From positions 15,250 to 79,249 of the forward strand of contig CANKMT010000005.1 of the NCBI GenBank assembly GCA_947482825.1: 64,000 nucleotides of DNA, read 5' to 3'. The position numbers and the translations under genes were made by a program. This DNA comes from Betaproteobacteria bacterium. GTDB lineage: Bacteria; Pseudomonadota; Gammaproteobacteria; Burkholderiales; SG8-39. Below are positions 9,065 through 18,656 of this stretch, piece after piece (the stretch's first letter is position 1; every line of letters begins with the position of its first letter). Below the pieces are notes generated by a model that worked only from the letters and a program-made list of their open reading frames with translations, searched no databases and was not told the DNA's origin.

Positions 9065-9397
9065 TCAAGCGGTTTTGGAGAACTTTCTCCACGCTTTCAG
9101 CCAGCGCAATTCGGCCGGCGTCATGCCGTGGAAGTTGACCGACTCGAGCGCCACCCGCGCGGAATTCTTTCCCTCTTTGCAAATCACAACGACCGCCCGC
9201 CCTTGCGCAAGATCGAACCCGGCAAGCGTGACTTGCCGTCCCATCACTTCAACCTGCTTGAAGCGGCCGAACATTTCCTCGATGCAGGTCAGCCAGGCGA
9301 CGACTTGCTCCTCATCGCCCCAGGCGTCCGTGAGGGCCAGTTCAATGCAGGCATCGATTGACCTGCATTCGAGCATTTCATCCAGGAGGCTGTTCAT
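9065..9397 (-). CDS. Hypothetical 110-aa protein
   Basis: ATGA overlap with the upstream 51-codon ORF. Pattern DAWGDEEQ...VEVMGRQVTLAGFDL...VVVICKEGKNSARVALESV...ELRWLKAWRKF recalls a widespread ~100-aa family that some annotations label calcium-binding protein. This is recollection only. Confidence 0.55.
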   Translation of the reverse strand: MNSLLDEMLECRSIDACIELALTDAWGDEEQVVAWLTCIEEMFGRFKQVEVMGRQVTLAGFDLAQGRAVVVICKEGKNSARVALESVNFHGMTPAELRWLKAWRKFSKTA

Positions 9398-9549
9398 TGC
9401 GATCCGCAGTGACCACTTTGAAATGCCCCCTTGACCAAACTCATTTCCGCATAAACCTCAAATCCGTAACGAAATCCATCGGCCCGCCTATCCAAATCCT
9501 TGCGGAGGCCGGTTGCGGCGGATTGATCAGGTAGCCAGACGGTGAGCAT
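9394..9549 (-). CDS. 51-codon ORF translationally coupled on both sides (not in supplied track)
   Basis: MLTVWLPDQSAATGLRKDLDRRADGFRYGFEVYAEMSLVKGAFQSGHCGSQ. Its ATG overlaps the antitoxin stop (TGATG). Its TGA overlaps the next ATG (ATGA). Confidence 0.4.
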   Translation of the reverse strand: MLTVWLPDQSAATGLRKDLDRRADGFRYGFEVYAEMSLVKGAFQSGHCGSQ

Positions 9550-9953
9550 CAAGCAAAGACGCCGTGCTCGATTCGCCCCAGACTATCCACCACGCTTTCC
9601 GCGCCTATATCGGTGTCCAACAGGGATAGCGGGGTAGTGCCGGACAGGGCAGGATTCGGGGACTTCATCCACTTGAGAGCTGTATCGTGATCCTCGAATG
9701 TTTCGATTGCTCTCCAGAGGACACGGGCGAGCCGAACGACCTTGGCCGATTGGTCGCTGTTGAGCGTGCCCTCTTTTCTGCGCCGCGCCAACGTGCGCTC
9801 GGGGATGCCGAGGGCCGCAGCCAGTTCGGATTGCGTAATGCGCATGGCCTTGGCCAGCGAATCCAACGCCGCGGAGGATAGGCCCCGACTGGCGGGCCGC
9901 GAAATCGCGCCTGCTGTACTGATCGCGGCTCTCCTATGGCTGCCATATGGCAT
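9549..9953 (-). CDS. Xre-HTH + DUF2384 antitoxin (ParS/MbcA type)
   Basis: HTH segment ITQSELAAALGIPERTLARRRKEG. C-terminal ALKWMKSPNPALSGTTPLSLLDTDIGAESVVDSLGRIEHGVF is the ParS/MbcA toxin-binding domain pattern. Confidence 0.75.
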   Translation of the reverse strand: MPYGSHRRAAISTAGAISRPASRGLSSAALDSLAKAMRITQSELAAALGIPERTLARRRKEGTLNSDQSAKVVRLARVLWRAIETFEDHDTALKWMKSPNPALSGTTPLSLLDTDIGAESVVDSLGRIEHGVFA

Positions 9954-9990
9954 AGATCATACGTAATTGTGGCGTAGATCGTTTCTGCGG

Positions 9991-11262
9991 TCACGATGTC
10001 CGGGTTGGGCAATTCCGAATCCCCCCGCAGATCTCCACCGGCGTAAACAACTCCTGCCTGCCCCCCGCCACTCCGCGCAGGTCGAACTCCCCGACGCTGC
10101 GCAGCGGACGTTTCACCAGCTTCGCAAACGGCCGCGACAGGAGCAGCGGCTCGCCGGTCTCCTTGCTGAGCGACTGGATGCGCGCGGTCATGTTCACGGC
10201 CGGCCCGACCACATTGAAGGCCAGGCGCGCAGGCGAGCCCACGTTGGCATGCGTGACCTGGCCAAGGTGCAGTCCGAGGCCGAACTCGATTGTCGGCAGT
10301 CCCGCGTGCTTGCGCCGGTGGTTGACCACTGCGATGGAATTAAAAGCGTCGATGGCCGCGTCGAGCGCCGACTCGCACACTTCGGCTTCCTTGTCCGGCG
10401 ACTTGATCTCGAAAACGATCAGGATCGCGTCGCCGATGAATTGCAGGATTTCGCCGCCGCGCGGCGCCGTGGCGGCCGCGCAGTACTCGAAATAGTCGTT
10501 CATGAGGCGCAGCAGTTCCTGTGTCGGGAGCGATTCGGACAGTTCCGTGAATCCGCGCAGGTCCGAGTACCAGAAGGCCGCTTCGATGCGTTCGCCGTCG
10601 CCGCGCTTGACCTGCCCCTGCAGGATGCGCTCGCCGATGCGCGGGCCGACAAAGGCATCGAGCAGGCCGAGCGTCACGCGGCGCGTGGCAAGGATTTCGA
10701 TTACGGGGGCGACCAGGTTGGCCAGCGCGGAGAACCGGCCGAGGTCCGCGTCGCTGAAGCCAGCGCTCGAGCGCGTGGCCAGCGTGAGGACGTTGGAGAT
10801 GCCCGAGCCGAACACCACCGGAACCGCGAAATAATCGACCATTCCTTCGGCGCGCAGGTCTGCCATGGTCGAGTGGTCTTCCGGGGCGACAGGCACGTCG
10901 AGCCGCTTGCGGAACGAGCGCTTTTCGTCGCGCACGAACTGGTTGGGGCTGCCGATGTAGGAATCGAGGTTCTGCACGCCATGCTCGGCTTTCCACGGTC
11001 GTGCGCCGACGTCGCGGTCCCAGAGAACACTCCACGCAAGCAATTGCGGGTGCAGGGTCGCGATGGACAGCCTGGACAGCCGCACACGGTCGATCCGCGC
11101 GCCGGCAGTGTCGAGCTTGCTCATGAGCGCGTTCATGAGATCGACCGGGTCCTCGAGGCTGCGCCCCTGGGTCAAGAGCCATGCGGCGACCGGCTCGTGC
11201 GACCATCCTTCGCTCGTGCCGAACAGGGATTCGCGCGGATGAAGGACCGGATCGTTGTCCAA
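9991..11262 (-). CDS. Class III adenylate/guanylate cyclase with uncharacterised N-terminal sensor-like domain
   Basis: C-terminal catalytic domain: AAFWYSDLRGFTELSE, GGEILQFIGDAILIVF, GLHLGQVTHANVGSPARLAFNVVGPAVNMTARIQS. Confidence 0.85.
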   Translation of the reverse strand: MDNDPVLHPRESLFGTSEGWSHEPVAAWLLTQGRSLEDPVDLMNALMSKLDTAGARIDRVRLSRLSIATLHPQLLAWSVLWDRDVGARPWKAEHGVQNLDSYIGSPNQFVRDEKRSFRKRLDVPVAPEDHSTMADLRAEGMVDYFAVPVVFGSGISNVLTLATRSSAGFSDADLGRFSALANLVAPVIEILATRRVTLGLLDAFVGPRIGERILQGQVKRGDGERIEAAFWYSDLRGFTELSESLPTQELLRLMNDYFEYCAAATAPRGGEILQFIGDAILIVFEIKSPDKEAEVCESALDAAIDAFNSIAVVNHRRKHAGLPTIEFGLGLHLGQVTHANVGSPARLAFNVVGPAVNMTARIQSLSKETGEPLLLSRPFAKLVKRPLRSVGEFDLRGVAGGRQELFTPVEICGGIRNCPTRTS

Positions 11263-11312
11263 GGTGCATTGTTCCGCAAAAGGCAGAGGGCGCGAATGTT
11301 AGCATCGGCGCC

Positions 11313-12104
11313 ATGACCGGCATCGGCAGATCCCTTTTCCTCGCGTTCGTGAGCCTCTTCAACCGCGGCATGCTCTGGCTGATGATCTGGCCGGTGCTGG
11401 TGTCGCTAGTGTTCTGGGGCGCGGTGGGGATTGCTTTCTGGGTAAAGACGGCAGTCTGGACCGCCGGGCTGCTGGGCCGGATCGCCGAGCCGGTTACGGC
11501 GTGGATACCGTTCGATGTCACCGGCATCGCGCTCTTTTCGGCGCATGTGATGCTGATCCTGCTGTTCGTCCCGCTCGTTTACCTCACCGCCCTGGTGATC
11601 CTCGGCGTTTTCGGCATGGATGCGATGGTCGAGCATGTGGCTTCCCGCCACTACCCTGCGCTGGCCCGACGCAATGGCGGTGGGACGGTAGGCAGCGTAT
11701 GGAACAGCGTGGTCGCGTTGTGCGGCATGGTGCTGCTTTTCATGGTGACGCTGCCGCTCTTGCTGATCCCGCCGGTGTGGGCGATGGTGCCGGTGATCGT
11801 GATGGGCTGGGTGAACCAGAAGATCCTGCGCTACGACGCGGTGGCCGCGCACGCGACGGCCGATGAGATGCGCCGCATCTTTTCCCTGCGGCGCGGCAGC
11901 TTGTACCTGCTGGGCCTCATCCTCGCGCTGGTGGCCTATGTGCCGGTGTTCGGGTTCTTCGCGCCGATGCTGTTTGCGCTCGCTTTCATCCACTTCGGCC
12001 TGGGCACGCTCGCCGAGTTGCGCGGCGAGACGGGCAGCGTGCCGCCTGCGAGCCGCCCGTCCCGAGAGGTGCGGGTGATCGAGGGGGAAGTCGTGCGGGA
12101 CTGA
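11313..12104 (+). CDS. EI24/CysZ-like integral membrane protein
   Basis: 263 aa from the ATG at 11313 (the upstream part of the track ORF is Arg-rich junk). Multiple TM segments resemble EI24 domain proteins by recollection. Confidence 0.55.
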   Translation: MTGIGRSLFLAFVSLFNRGMLWLMIWPVLVSLVFWGAVGIAFWVKTAVWTAGLLGRIAEPVTAWIPFDVTGIALFSAHVMLILLFVPLVYLTALVILGVFGMDAMVEHVASRHYPALARRNGGGTVGSVWNSVVALCGMVLLFMVTLPLLLIPPVWAMVPVIVMGWVNQKILRYDAVAAHATADEMRRIFSLRRGSLYLLGLILALVAYVPVFGFFAPMLFALAFIHFGLGTLAELRGETGSVPPASRPSREVRVIEGEVVRD

Positions 12105-12245
12105 CCCCGCTCCAAGACGAGAGATCAGGCACGGAACGCCACGCGGCGAACGGGAGATGGCGCCAGAAATATTTCCAGCTATGCAAAATAAACCGTGAGT
12201 GTTTTCGCAAGCGTGCAAAAAAAGACGTGCGTATAATGGCGTCCC

Positions 12246-13373
12246 ATGGATGCTCAGGCGCGCTACCCGCGATATCTCCTGTCGACGCTCAAGGACGACC
12301 TCTCCCGCAAGATGGTGTTCCTCGGAGGGCCGCGCCAGGTCGGCAAGACGAATCTGGGCAAGGTACTCATTCCCGACCCGGCCGCTTACCTCAACTGGGA
12401 CGTCGCCGCACATCGCGCGGCGATCCTGAAGCATCAGCTGCCGGCAGGCGACGCCTGGTTGTTTGACGAGATTCACAAATATCGTCAGTGGCGCGGCTTC
12501 CTCAAAGGCCTGTTTGACATGCATGGCAACGCAAGGCGGATTCTGGTTACAGGCAGCGCGCGCCTTGATTACTATCGCTACGGTGGCGATTCGCTGCAAG
12601 GGCGCTATCACTATCTGCGCTTGCATCCATTCTCCGTGGCCGAGCTGGGAATCGAGTCGCAGGCCGATCTTGAGCAGCTGCTGCGCCTCGGCGGTTTTCC
12701 GGAACCCTTCTTCTCAGGTTCGGAGCGGCAGGCTCGTCGCTGGGCGCGCGATTACCGTGACCGGCTGATGCGCGAGGAAGTCGCCAGCCTGGAGCGAATC
12801 GACGACCTGGGGCAACTCGAATTGCTGGTGATGCGTTTGCCGGGACTGGTCGGCAGCCCGCTTTCGATCAATGGCCTGCGTGAGGATTTATCGCTGTCGC
12901 ATCGCACGGTCAGCAGTTGGATCGACGTGCTCGAGCGTCTCTACGCGATCTACCGGATTGCGCCATTCGGTGCGCCGCGCATTCGTGCCGTGAGAAAGGC
13001 GCAGAAACACTATCACTTCGATTGGTCGGTAGTCGAAGAGGAAGGTGCGCGATTCGAGAATCTCGTGGCCAGCCATTTGCTCAAGTGGGTGCACTGGCAA
13101 AATGACGTTGAAGGGCGCGACGCCGAGTTGCGCTACTTCCGGGACACCGATGGGCGCGAAGTGGATTTCGTGGTGATGCTGGGGCGCCAGCCCGTGAGTT
13201 TTATCGAGTGCAAGATGAGCGATGGGCCGCTGGGCACCGGCATGCGCTATCTGAAGCAGCGTTTTCCGCAAGTCGATGCCTGGCAGGTAGCCGCGCGGAC
13301 CACGCGCGATTACGTTACGCGCGAAGGCGTGCGTGTCGCGCCGGTTCTGCGATTGCTCGAAGCGTTGAAATAG
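12246..13373 (+). CDS. AAA-family ATPase with DUF4143-type C-terminal domain
   Basis: Walker A in FLGGPRQVGKTNL; Walker B-like WLFDEIH. C-terminal EVDFVV...FIECK has the restriction-endonuclease-like pattern typical of this family. Confidence 0.8.
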   Translation: MDAQARYPRYLLSTLKDDLSRKMVFLGGPRQVGKTNLGKVLIPDPAAYLNWDVAAHRAAILKHQLPAGDAWLFDEIHKYRQWRGFLKGLFDMHGNARRILVTGSARLDYYRYGGDSLQGRYHYLRLHPFSVAELGIESQADLEQLLRLGGFPEPFFSGSERQARRWARDYRDRLMREEVASLERIDDLGQLELLVMRLPGLVGSPLSINGLREDLSLSHRTVSSWIDVLERLYAIYRIAPFGAPRIRAVRKAQKHYHFDWSVVEEEGARFENLVASHLLKWVHWQNDVEGRDAELRYFRDTDGREVDFVVMLGRQPVSFIECKMSDGPLGTGMRYLKQRFPQVDAWQVAARTTRDYVTREGVRVAPVLRLLEALK

Positions 13374-13405
13374 AACTACCGGGTTGCCGGATCAGGAAAT
13401 GAGGA

Positions 13406-15523
13406 TCATGCCCGGCTGATCCGGCAAGGCACCCCGCGCGTGTCAGCCGACCCGCTGGCCGGGTCGTAAGGACCGGCATAGCTCAACGCCGCATTGATGT
13501 TGACCTCGAGCGCGCCGAACTCCGGCCCCGGCGACTCGGGCAGCCACCAGCCCATGCCGGTGACGACCACGCCGGGGGCGGTCGCATCCGTCAACGAAGC
13601 TTTCAGCCGGCACGCACCCTGTCCGCGCGGCGTCTCGACCCTGACCCATTCGCCATCGGCAATGCCAAGCGAGCGTGCCGTATCCGGATTGATCTTCAGC
13701 AACGGGTCCGGCGAGACCTTGCGCGCCCACGCCTGCTCGCGAAAACGCGAGTGGTGATAGGTCTTCTCGCGCAGCCCGGTCTGCAGCGTGAAGGGATAGG
13801 CCGGGTTGTTTTCCTGCGATGCGCCGGTCGGCAGCCAGTCCGGCAGCGGATCGAGGCCTGCGTCGGCCATGCGCTGCGACCAGAGTTCGACCTTGCCGCT
13901 GGGCGTCTTGAAAACCTGTTTCGCGAAATCGCCTTGCGCGTAATCGAACTCGGCGTAGCCGTCGCTTGCGAGTTTCCCGAGGTCCAGGTTGGTGTCCTTC
14001 ACGAGGAACTCGTTGAATTCGCGCTGCGTGTTCCACGGCATGAGTTTGCGGTCGGCCGCGCCCCGCGCCGCCATGCGCTCCAGCAGGCCGGCGGCAATCT
14101 CGATGTCTGGTCGCGCCTCGCCCACGCGCGCGGCAAGCGCCGCGGTCCAGGTGACGCACGGGCCGTGCGCGTTGATCGAGACGTCCTCCTCTTCGAGCGT
14201 GGTGGTCTTGGGCAGCACGATGTCGGCCACGGCGGCGGTCGGATTCATGCTGTGTGCAGCCACCACGAGGAAATCGAGCGAGCGCAGCGCCGCCAGCGTC
14301 CGCTGCGAATTCGGATAGGTGACCGCGATGTTCACGCCGGAGACATACATCGCTCGCACTGGGTACGGCTGGCCGGTGAGCATTGCCTCGATGACCGTCG
14401 GGTTGTGGCAGGCGGTCTGCCAGCCTTTGGGTCCGGCCCAAAGCGGGAACCGGTCGGCGCCCAACGTCTTTGCAGCGACTTCGGGCGGCAACTGGAATGC
14501 CGGATCGTGGATCACGTCGAGATAATTCCTGAAGCCCCTGGGCCGCTTGGCGCGCCGGTTGCCGCCCGCGCGGTCGAGGTTGCCGCTGATCGCGACCAGG
14601 CAATGGAATGCCCGGAAAGTCTGCACGCCATTGGTGACCGCATCGATACCGTGTCCGGAAACGAAAGCCGACGGGCCCTCTGCGTAGGCGCGTGCAGCAG
14701 CGAGGATCAGGTCAGCGGGCACGCCGCTCACGGACGCTGCGCGCTCCGGGGTCCAGTCTTGCACGCGTTCGGCAAGCGCTTCATACCCGCGTGTCCACTG
14801 ATCGATAAAGGCCATGTCGTGCCGGTTCTCGGCAATCAGCACCTGCATCATGGCCAGGCCGATCGCGGCATCGGTGCCCGGATGCGGCCGCAGCCAGAGG
14901 TCGGCGATCTTCGCGGCCTCCGAGCGCAGCGGGTCGAGCACCACGATCTTCGCGCCGCGCGCCTTGGCCTCCTTGATCCGCGCCCATTGCACCGGGTTGG
15001 CCGCATGCGGGTTCGCGCCGACCATCAACACGGTCTTCGCGTGCTCGACGTCTTCGCCGCTCTGGATCGCCAGTCCTGTCACCATGTCGGACACGCCGCG
15101 GCATCCGCCGCACAGGTCCTGGTTGATGAGAAAGTTCGGCGAGCCCATCGCGCGCAGGGCGAGGGCCATGATCGCTCCGCGCGAGAAGAATGCGCCGCCC
15201 GTTGCGCCGGCTAGCGAGAGAGGGCCGTGTTTGGAGCGCGCCGCCGAGAAGCCTTCGGCCATTGCGTCCAGCGCGGCGTCCCAGGAAATCTCTTCCCACC
15301 GGTTCGAGCCGCGTTCGCCGATGCGCCGCAGGGGATGCAGGAGGCGCGTCGCCCCATAAGTGATCTCAGCGAGGCCGCGGATTCCCTTCACGCAGAACGC
15401 GCCGCGCGAGGCCGGGTGCGCGGGATTCGGGTCGATGCGCGTGACGCGCCCGCCTTCGACATGGGCAATCGCCCCGCAGCAGGTGGAGCATTCCCAGCAG
15501 GTGGTCGGCACGGTCCGATTCAT
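13406..15523 (-). CDS. Molybdopterin (bis-MGD) oxidoreductase, DMSO reductase/formate dehydrogenase superfamily
   Basis: The N-terminal Fe-S motif CWECSTCCG...C(VKG) is followed by molybdopterin oxidoreductase and C-terminal dinucleotide-binding regions. 705 aa. Confidence 0.85.
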   Translation of the reverse strand: MNRTVPTTCWECSTCCGAIAHVEGGRVTRIDPNPAHPASRGAFCVKGIRGLAEITYGATRLLHPLRRIGERGSNRWEEISWDAALDAMAEGFSAARSKHGPLSLAGATGGAFFSRGAIMALALRAMGSPNFLINQDLCGGCRGVSDMVTGLAIQSGEDVEHAKTVLMVGANPHAANPVQWARIKEAKARGAKIVVLDPLRSEAAKIADLWLRPHPGTDAAIGLAMMQVLIAENRHDMAFIDQWTRGYEALAERVQDWTPERAASVSGVPADLILAAARAYAEGPSAFVSGHGIDAVTNGVQTFRAFHCLVAISGNLDRAGGNRRAKRPRGFRNYLDVIHDPAFQLPPEVAAKTLGADRFPLWAGPKGWQTACHNPTVIEAMLTGQPYPVRAMYVSGVNIAVTYPNSQRTLAALRSLDFLVVAAHSMNPTAAVADIVLPKTTTLEEEDVSINAHGPCVTWTAALAARVGEARPDIEIAAGLLERMAARGAADRKLMPWNTQREFNEFLVKDTNLDLGKLASDGYAEFDYAQGDFAKQVFKTPSGKVELWSQRMADAGLDPLPDWLPTGASQENNPAYPFTLQTGLREKTYHHSRFREQAWARKVSPDPLLKINPDTARSLGIADGEWVRVETPRGQGACRLKASLTDATAPGVVVTGMGWWLPESPGPEFGALEVNINAALSYAGPYDPASGSADTRGVPCRISRA

Positions 15524-15608
15524 GGGTCGAGACTAGGAGCGGGATTCATCGGCTGTCAACCGCGATTCGACTTGAGCGGGGGGCGGCCTTCGCGTAGCGT
15601 AGGCGCAA

Positions 15609-16550
15609 ATGCCTGCCGCCATCGAAGTTTCCGGCCTCCTGTTCGAGTATCCCGGCGTGCGCGCGCTGGAGGACGTTTCGTTTGCCGTGGCCTCCGGCAG
15701 CGTGACCGCGCTGGTCGGCCCGAACGGCGCCGGCAAGACCACGCTGCTGCGTTGCCTGGCGGGCCTCGAATTGCCTCTTGAGGGCAGCATCCATGTGGCC
15801 GGCGTCGACGTCCTCGAAGAGCCGCGAGCAGTGCACCGGCGTATCGGCTATCTCTCGGACTTCTATGGCTTGTATGACGCGCTCACGGTGCGCCAGTGCT
15901 TTGCACACGCGGCCGCGGCACACGGTGTCGAGGAGAGCGGTCTGGACAAGGCCGTCGAGCGCACCGCCCAAAGGCTCGACCTGGCCGGCCTCGTCGGAAG
16001 GCGCGCCGCCGAGCTTTCGCGCGGCCAGCGCCAGCGCGTGGCGATCGGCCAGGCGCTGATCCACGACCCGCAGGTGCTCATGCTGGACGAGCCGGCCTCC
16101 GGTCTGGACCCCGAAGCGCGCCACTCGCTTGCCCTGCTGTTCAAGCGGCTGAGCCGCGAAGGCATGACGCTGCTGGTGTCTTCGCACATCCTTGCGGAGC
16201 TGGACGAATATTCGACCGACATGCTGGTGATGCGCGAAGGGCGCCTGCTCGAGGCGAATCCGATCGCGGACGTTGCGGCGAACGCGCGCCGCGTGCGGGT
16301 CGGGTTTGTGCATGAGATCGCGGATTGCGCCAGCCTCCTCGGGGCGATCGGCGGGATGCGCGTGATCGAGGCGCGCGCGCGCCAAGCGCTGGTCGAAATC
16401 GCCGATAGCGACGATGCGCAGGGCGAGGCTCTGCGGGCACTGGTGATGGCCGGCGTCGCCGTCAGTTCGTTCGCGCCGGAGCGCGAGAACCTGCACGAAT
16501 CCTATCTTCGCACCATGGCGGGCGAATCGCGACCGGGGCCGGCACAATGA
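15609..16550 (+). CDS. ABC transporter ATP-binding protein
   Basis: GPNGAGKTTLL (Walker A), LSRGQRQRVAIGQAL (signature), LMLDEPASGLD (Walker B). Confidence 0.9.
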   Translation: MPAAIEVSGLLFEYPGVRALEDVSFAVASGSVTALVGPNGAGKTTLLRCLAGLELPLEGSIHVAGVDVLEEPRAVHRRIGYLSDFYGLYDALTVRQCFAHAAAAHGVEESGLDKAVERTAQRLDLAGLVGRRAAELSRGQRQRVAIGQALIHDPQVLMLDEPASGLDPEARHSLALLFKRLSREGMTLLVSSHILAELDEYSTDMLVMREGRLLEANPIADVAANARRVRVGFVHEIADCASLLGAIGGMRVIEARARQALVEIADSDDAQGEALRALVMAGVAVSSFAPERENLHESYLRTMAGESRPGPAQ

Positions 16551-17845
16551 ACGCGGAACTCCGCCGCAACCTCTGGCTCGAACTCACGCTGCACCGGATG
16601 CTCGCGCTGCCGATAGGCCTTGCGCTGATTTTCATGCTGGTCTATGCGATGGCAAACGAAGACCCGCGTGGATCGATCGCGGCAACCGCGGGCTCGCTCT
16701 TTGCCGCATTGGCGATTTGGGGCGCCGTCCATGTGGGCGACTCGGTCATGGGTGAAGTGCGCGGACGCACCTGGGACGGCCAGCGCATGTCGGCGCTGGA
16801 GCCCTGGGCGATGACTTGGGGAAAACTCGTCGGCGCACCGGCGTTCACCTGGTGCGGCGGCGCGATCTGCCTGGCGGTCTACCTGGTGTTCTCGCCGATC
16901 GCCAGCGCCCTGAAGACATCGGTGTTGATGTTTTCCGCCGCCGTCCTGCTTCAGTCGATTACCCTCATCGGCAGCGTAATCGCATCGCGCAGGGCGGTCG
17001 TGCGCGGCTCATCCACCGCTTGGGTGCTGGGCATCGTGCTCTTTTTCGTGGTTCCCTGGATGTCGATCCTGCGCTCGGGCGAGGCCGATGTCGGATGGTG
17101 GGGGCGAGGCTGGACGCGGCTCGATTTCCTCATGACCTCCACAACCGTCTTTGCAGTGTGGGGTGTGTTCGGGGCGCATCGCCTCATGTGCCAGGAACTG
17201 CGCGTGCGCACGTTGCCGTGGGCCTGGCTGGCGTTCCTTGTGTTCGCCGGCGTGTATATCTCGGGTTTCGGCATCCGACCGAACGACACCGCGAGCCAGC
17301 AGCGCACCGTGTTCCTGATCGCAGGGCTCGTCGTTTCGATTGCGGCGCTGTATCCCCTTCTCCTCACGGAGTCCGGCGGCGCCATGGCCGTGCGACGCCT
17401 GCTGCTGCGCGGATCGAACGCCGAATGGCGCCGGCTGCTCGAGGAGATTCCGCTCTGGGCCGTGACGCTGGCATTGGCGTTTCTGTTCTGCCTGCTGACT
17501 TTCCTGCTGGCCGGTGGGCGCGCCGATTCGGATGAACTGCTGCGGGCGGCAGTGCTTGCTCCGGTGCCGCTTTTCCTGCTTGCCGCGCGCGATGCGGCCT
17601 TGTGCCTGTTCTTTGCGTTTGCCCGGCAGCCGCGAAGAGCGGAAGCCGCGGCGTTGTTCTACCTGCTGCTGCTGTACTGGCTCGTGCCGATGTTGTTGCG
17701 CACTACGGGTGCGAAAGGCGTTGCGGACCTGGTGCTCCCGCCCTTCTGGGAGCGACCGGGATTCGCCGCGATGGTGGCGGCGGTGCAGGCGGCGGCCATG
17801 ATCGCGGCCGCGGTCTGGCGCTGGCGCAGGAATTACGGGAGCTGA
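16547..17845 (+). CDS. Polytopic membrane protein, probable permease partner of the ABC ATPase
   Basis: ATGA overlap with the ATPase gene. 432 aa, about 12 hydrophobic segments. No family recognised. Confidence 0.55.
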   Translation: MNAELRRNLWLELTLHRMLALPIGLALIFMLVYAMANEDPRGSIAATAGSLFAALAIWGAVHVGDSVMGEVRGRTWDGQRMSALEPWAMTWGKLVGAPAFTWCGGAICLAVYLVFSPIASALKTSVLMFSAAVLLQSITLIGSVIASRRAVVRGSSTAWVLGIVLFFVVPWMSILRSGEADVGWWGRGWTRLDFLMTSTTVFAVWGVFGAHRLMCQELRVRTLPWAWLAFLVFAGVYISGFGIRPNDTASQQRTVFLIAGLVVSIAALYPLLLTESGGAMAVRRLLLRGSNAEWRRLLEEIPLWAVTLALAFLFCLLTFLLAGGRADSDELLRAAVLAPVPLFLLAARDAALCLFFAFARQPRRAEAAALFYLLLLYWLVPMLLRTTGAKGVADLVLPPFWERPGFAAMVAAVQAAAMIAAAVWRWRRNYGS

Positions 17846-17850
17846 AAAGT

Positions 17851-18603
17851 ATGGGATTCGGGGCACTGATCATCGGCGACGAGATCCTCGTCGGCAAGCG
17901 GCAGGACAAGCACTTCAGCGTCCTCGTCGCTGCGCTGGCCAAGCGCGGACTGCGCCTTTCGTTCTGCGAATACCTCGCGGACGATCCGCCGCGGCTCACC
18001 GAGGTGCTCACGCGCACTTTCGCATCCGGCGACGTGGTCTTCAGCTATGGCGGGATAGGCGCGACGCCGGACGACCATACGCGGCAATGCGCGGCCGATG
18101 CGCTGGGTGTCTCGCTCGCGCTTCACCCGGACGCGGAGCGCGAGATCAGCGCGCGATTTGGCGGCGAGACCACGCCGCAGCGCCTGAAGATGGGCGAGTT
18201 TCCGGCCGGCTCCGAGATCATCCCGAACCCGGTGAACCGGGTGCCGGGGTTTTCGATCCGCAGCCATCATTTCGTGCCCGGCTTCCCGCAGATGGCCTGG
18301 CCGATGATCGAGTGGGTGCTCGACGAACGCTACCGCCACCTGCACAACTCGCACGCGCTCAAGGAAGAGTCGATCTTCGTTTTCGAGGCGGGCGAGAGCA
18401 TGCTCTCGGACCTCATGTACGGAATCGAAGCGAGGTGGAAGAAGTTGAAACTCTTCTCGCTGCCGACCATGGGCAAGGACGGCAGTCGCGGGCACATAGA
18501 GCTTGGCGTGCGCGGCGATCCGGCGGAAGTGGCGCAGGCGATGCAGGAGATCCGCGCCGAGATCGAACGCCGTGGCCACCCCTACAAGGAAACGCTTGGG
18601 TAG
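17851..18603 (+). CDS. CinA-like / MoCF-biosynthesis (molybdopterin-binding) domain protein
   Basis: The ATG at 17851 lies 6 nt after the permease stop. ALIIGDEILVGKRQDKH...VVFSYGGIGATPDDHT is typical of the CinA N-terminal domain. Confidence 0.7.
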   Translation: MGFGALIIGDEILVGKRQDKHFSVLVAALAKRGLRLSFCEYLADDPPRLTEVLTRTFASGDVVFSYGGIGATPDDHTRQCAADALGVSLALHPDAEREISARFGGETTPQRLKMGEFPAGSEIIPNPVNRVPGFSIRSHHFVPGFPQMAWPMIEWVLDERYRHLHNSHALKEESIFVFEAGESMLSDLMYGIEARWKKLKLFSLPTMGKDGSRGHIELGVRGDPAEVAQAMQEIRAEIERRGHPYKETLG

Positions 18604-18626
18604 TAGGCGCGGTACCGGAAAAGCAA

Positions 18627-18646
18627 AACCCCGCCGGAGCGGGGTT
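18627..18646. terminator. Bidirectional rho-independent terminator
   Basis: AACCCCGC-CGGA-GCGGGGTT hairpin. T-rich on the minus-strand side (TTGCTTTTCC) and CTGTTT on the plus side. It lies between the convergent cinA-like gene and the phasin operon. Confidence 0.8.
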
Positions 18647-18656
18647 CTGTTTGGCG

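Noticed and set aside
9394-9549. Whether the 51-codon ORF after the ParS-type antitoxin is a truncated RES toxin.
   Set aside because: Its sequence (MLTVWLPDQSAATGLRKDL...) shows none of the RES-domain landmarks I recall (N-terminal LWRI..., GRW-type Arg, conserved Glu/Ser). It is therefore kept as an unknown coupled ORF, not called a RES remnant.
13384-13427. 12-bp perfect inverted repeat TTGCCGGATCAG...CTGATCCGGCAA between the convergent AAA-ATPase and Mo-oxidoreductase genes.
   Set aside because: It has a 20-nt loop and no U tract, and the right arm lies inside the oxidoreductase coding sequence. It may act as a weak convergent terminator, but it is not distinctive enough to call.
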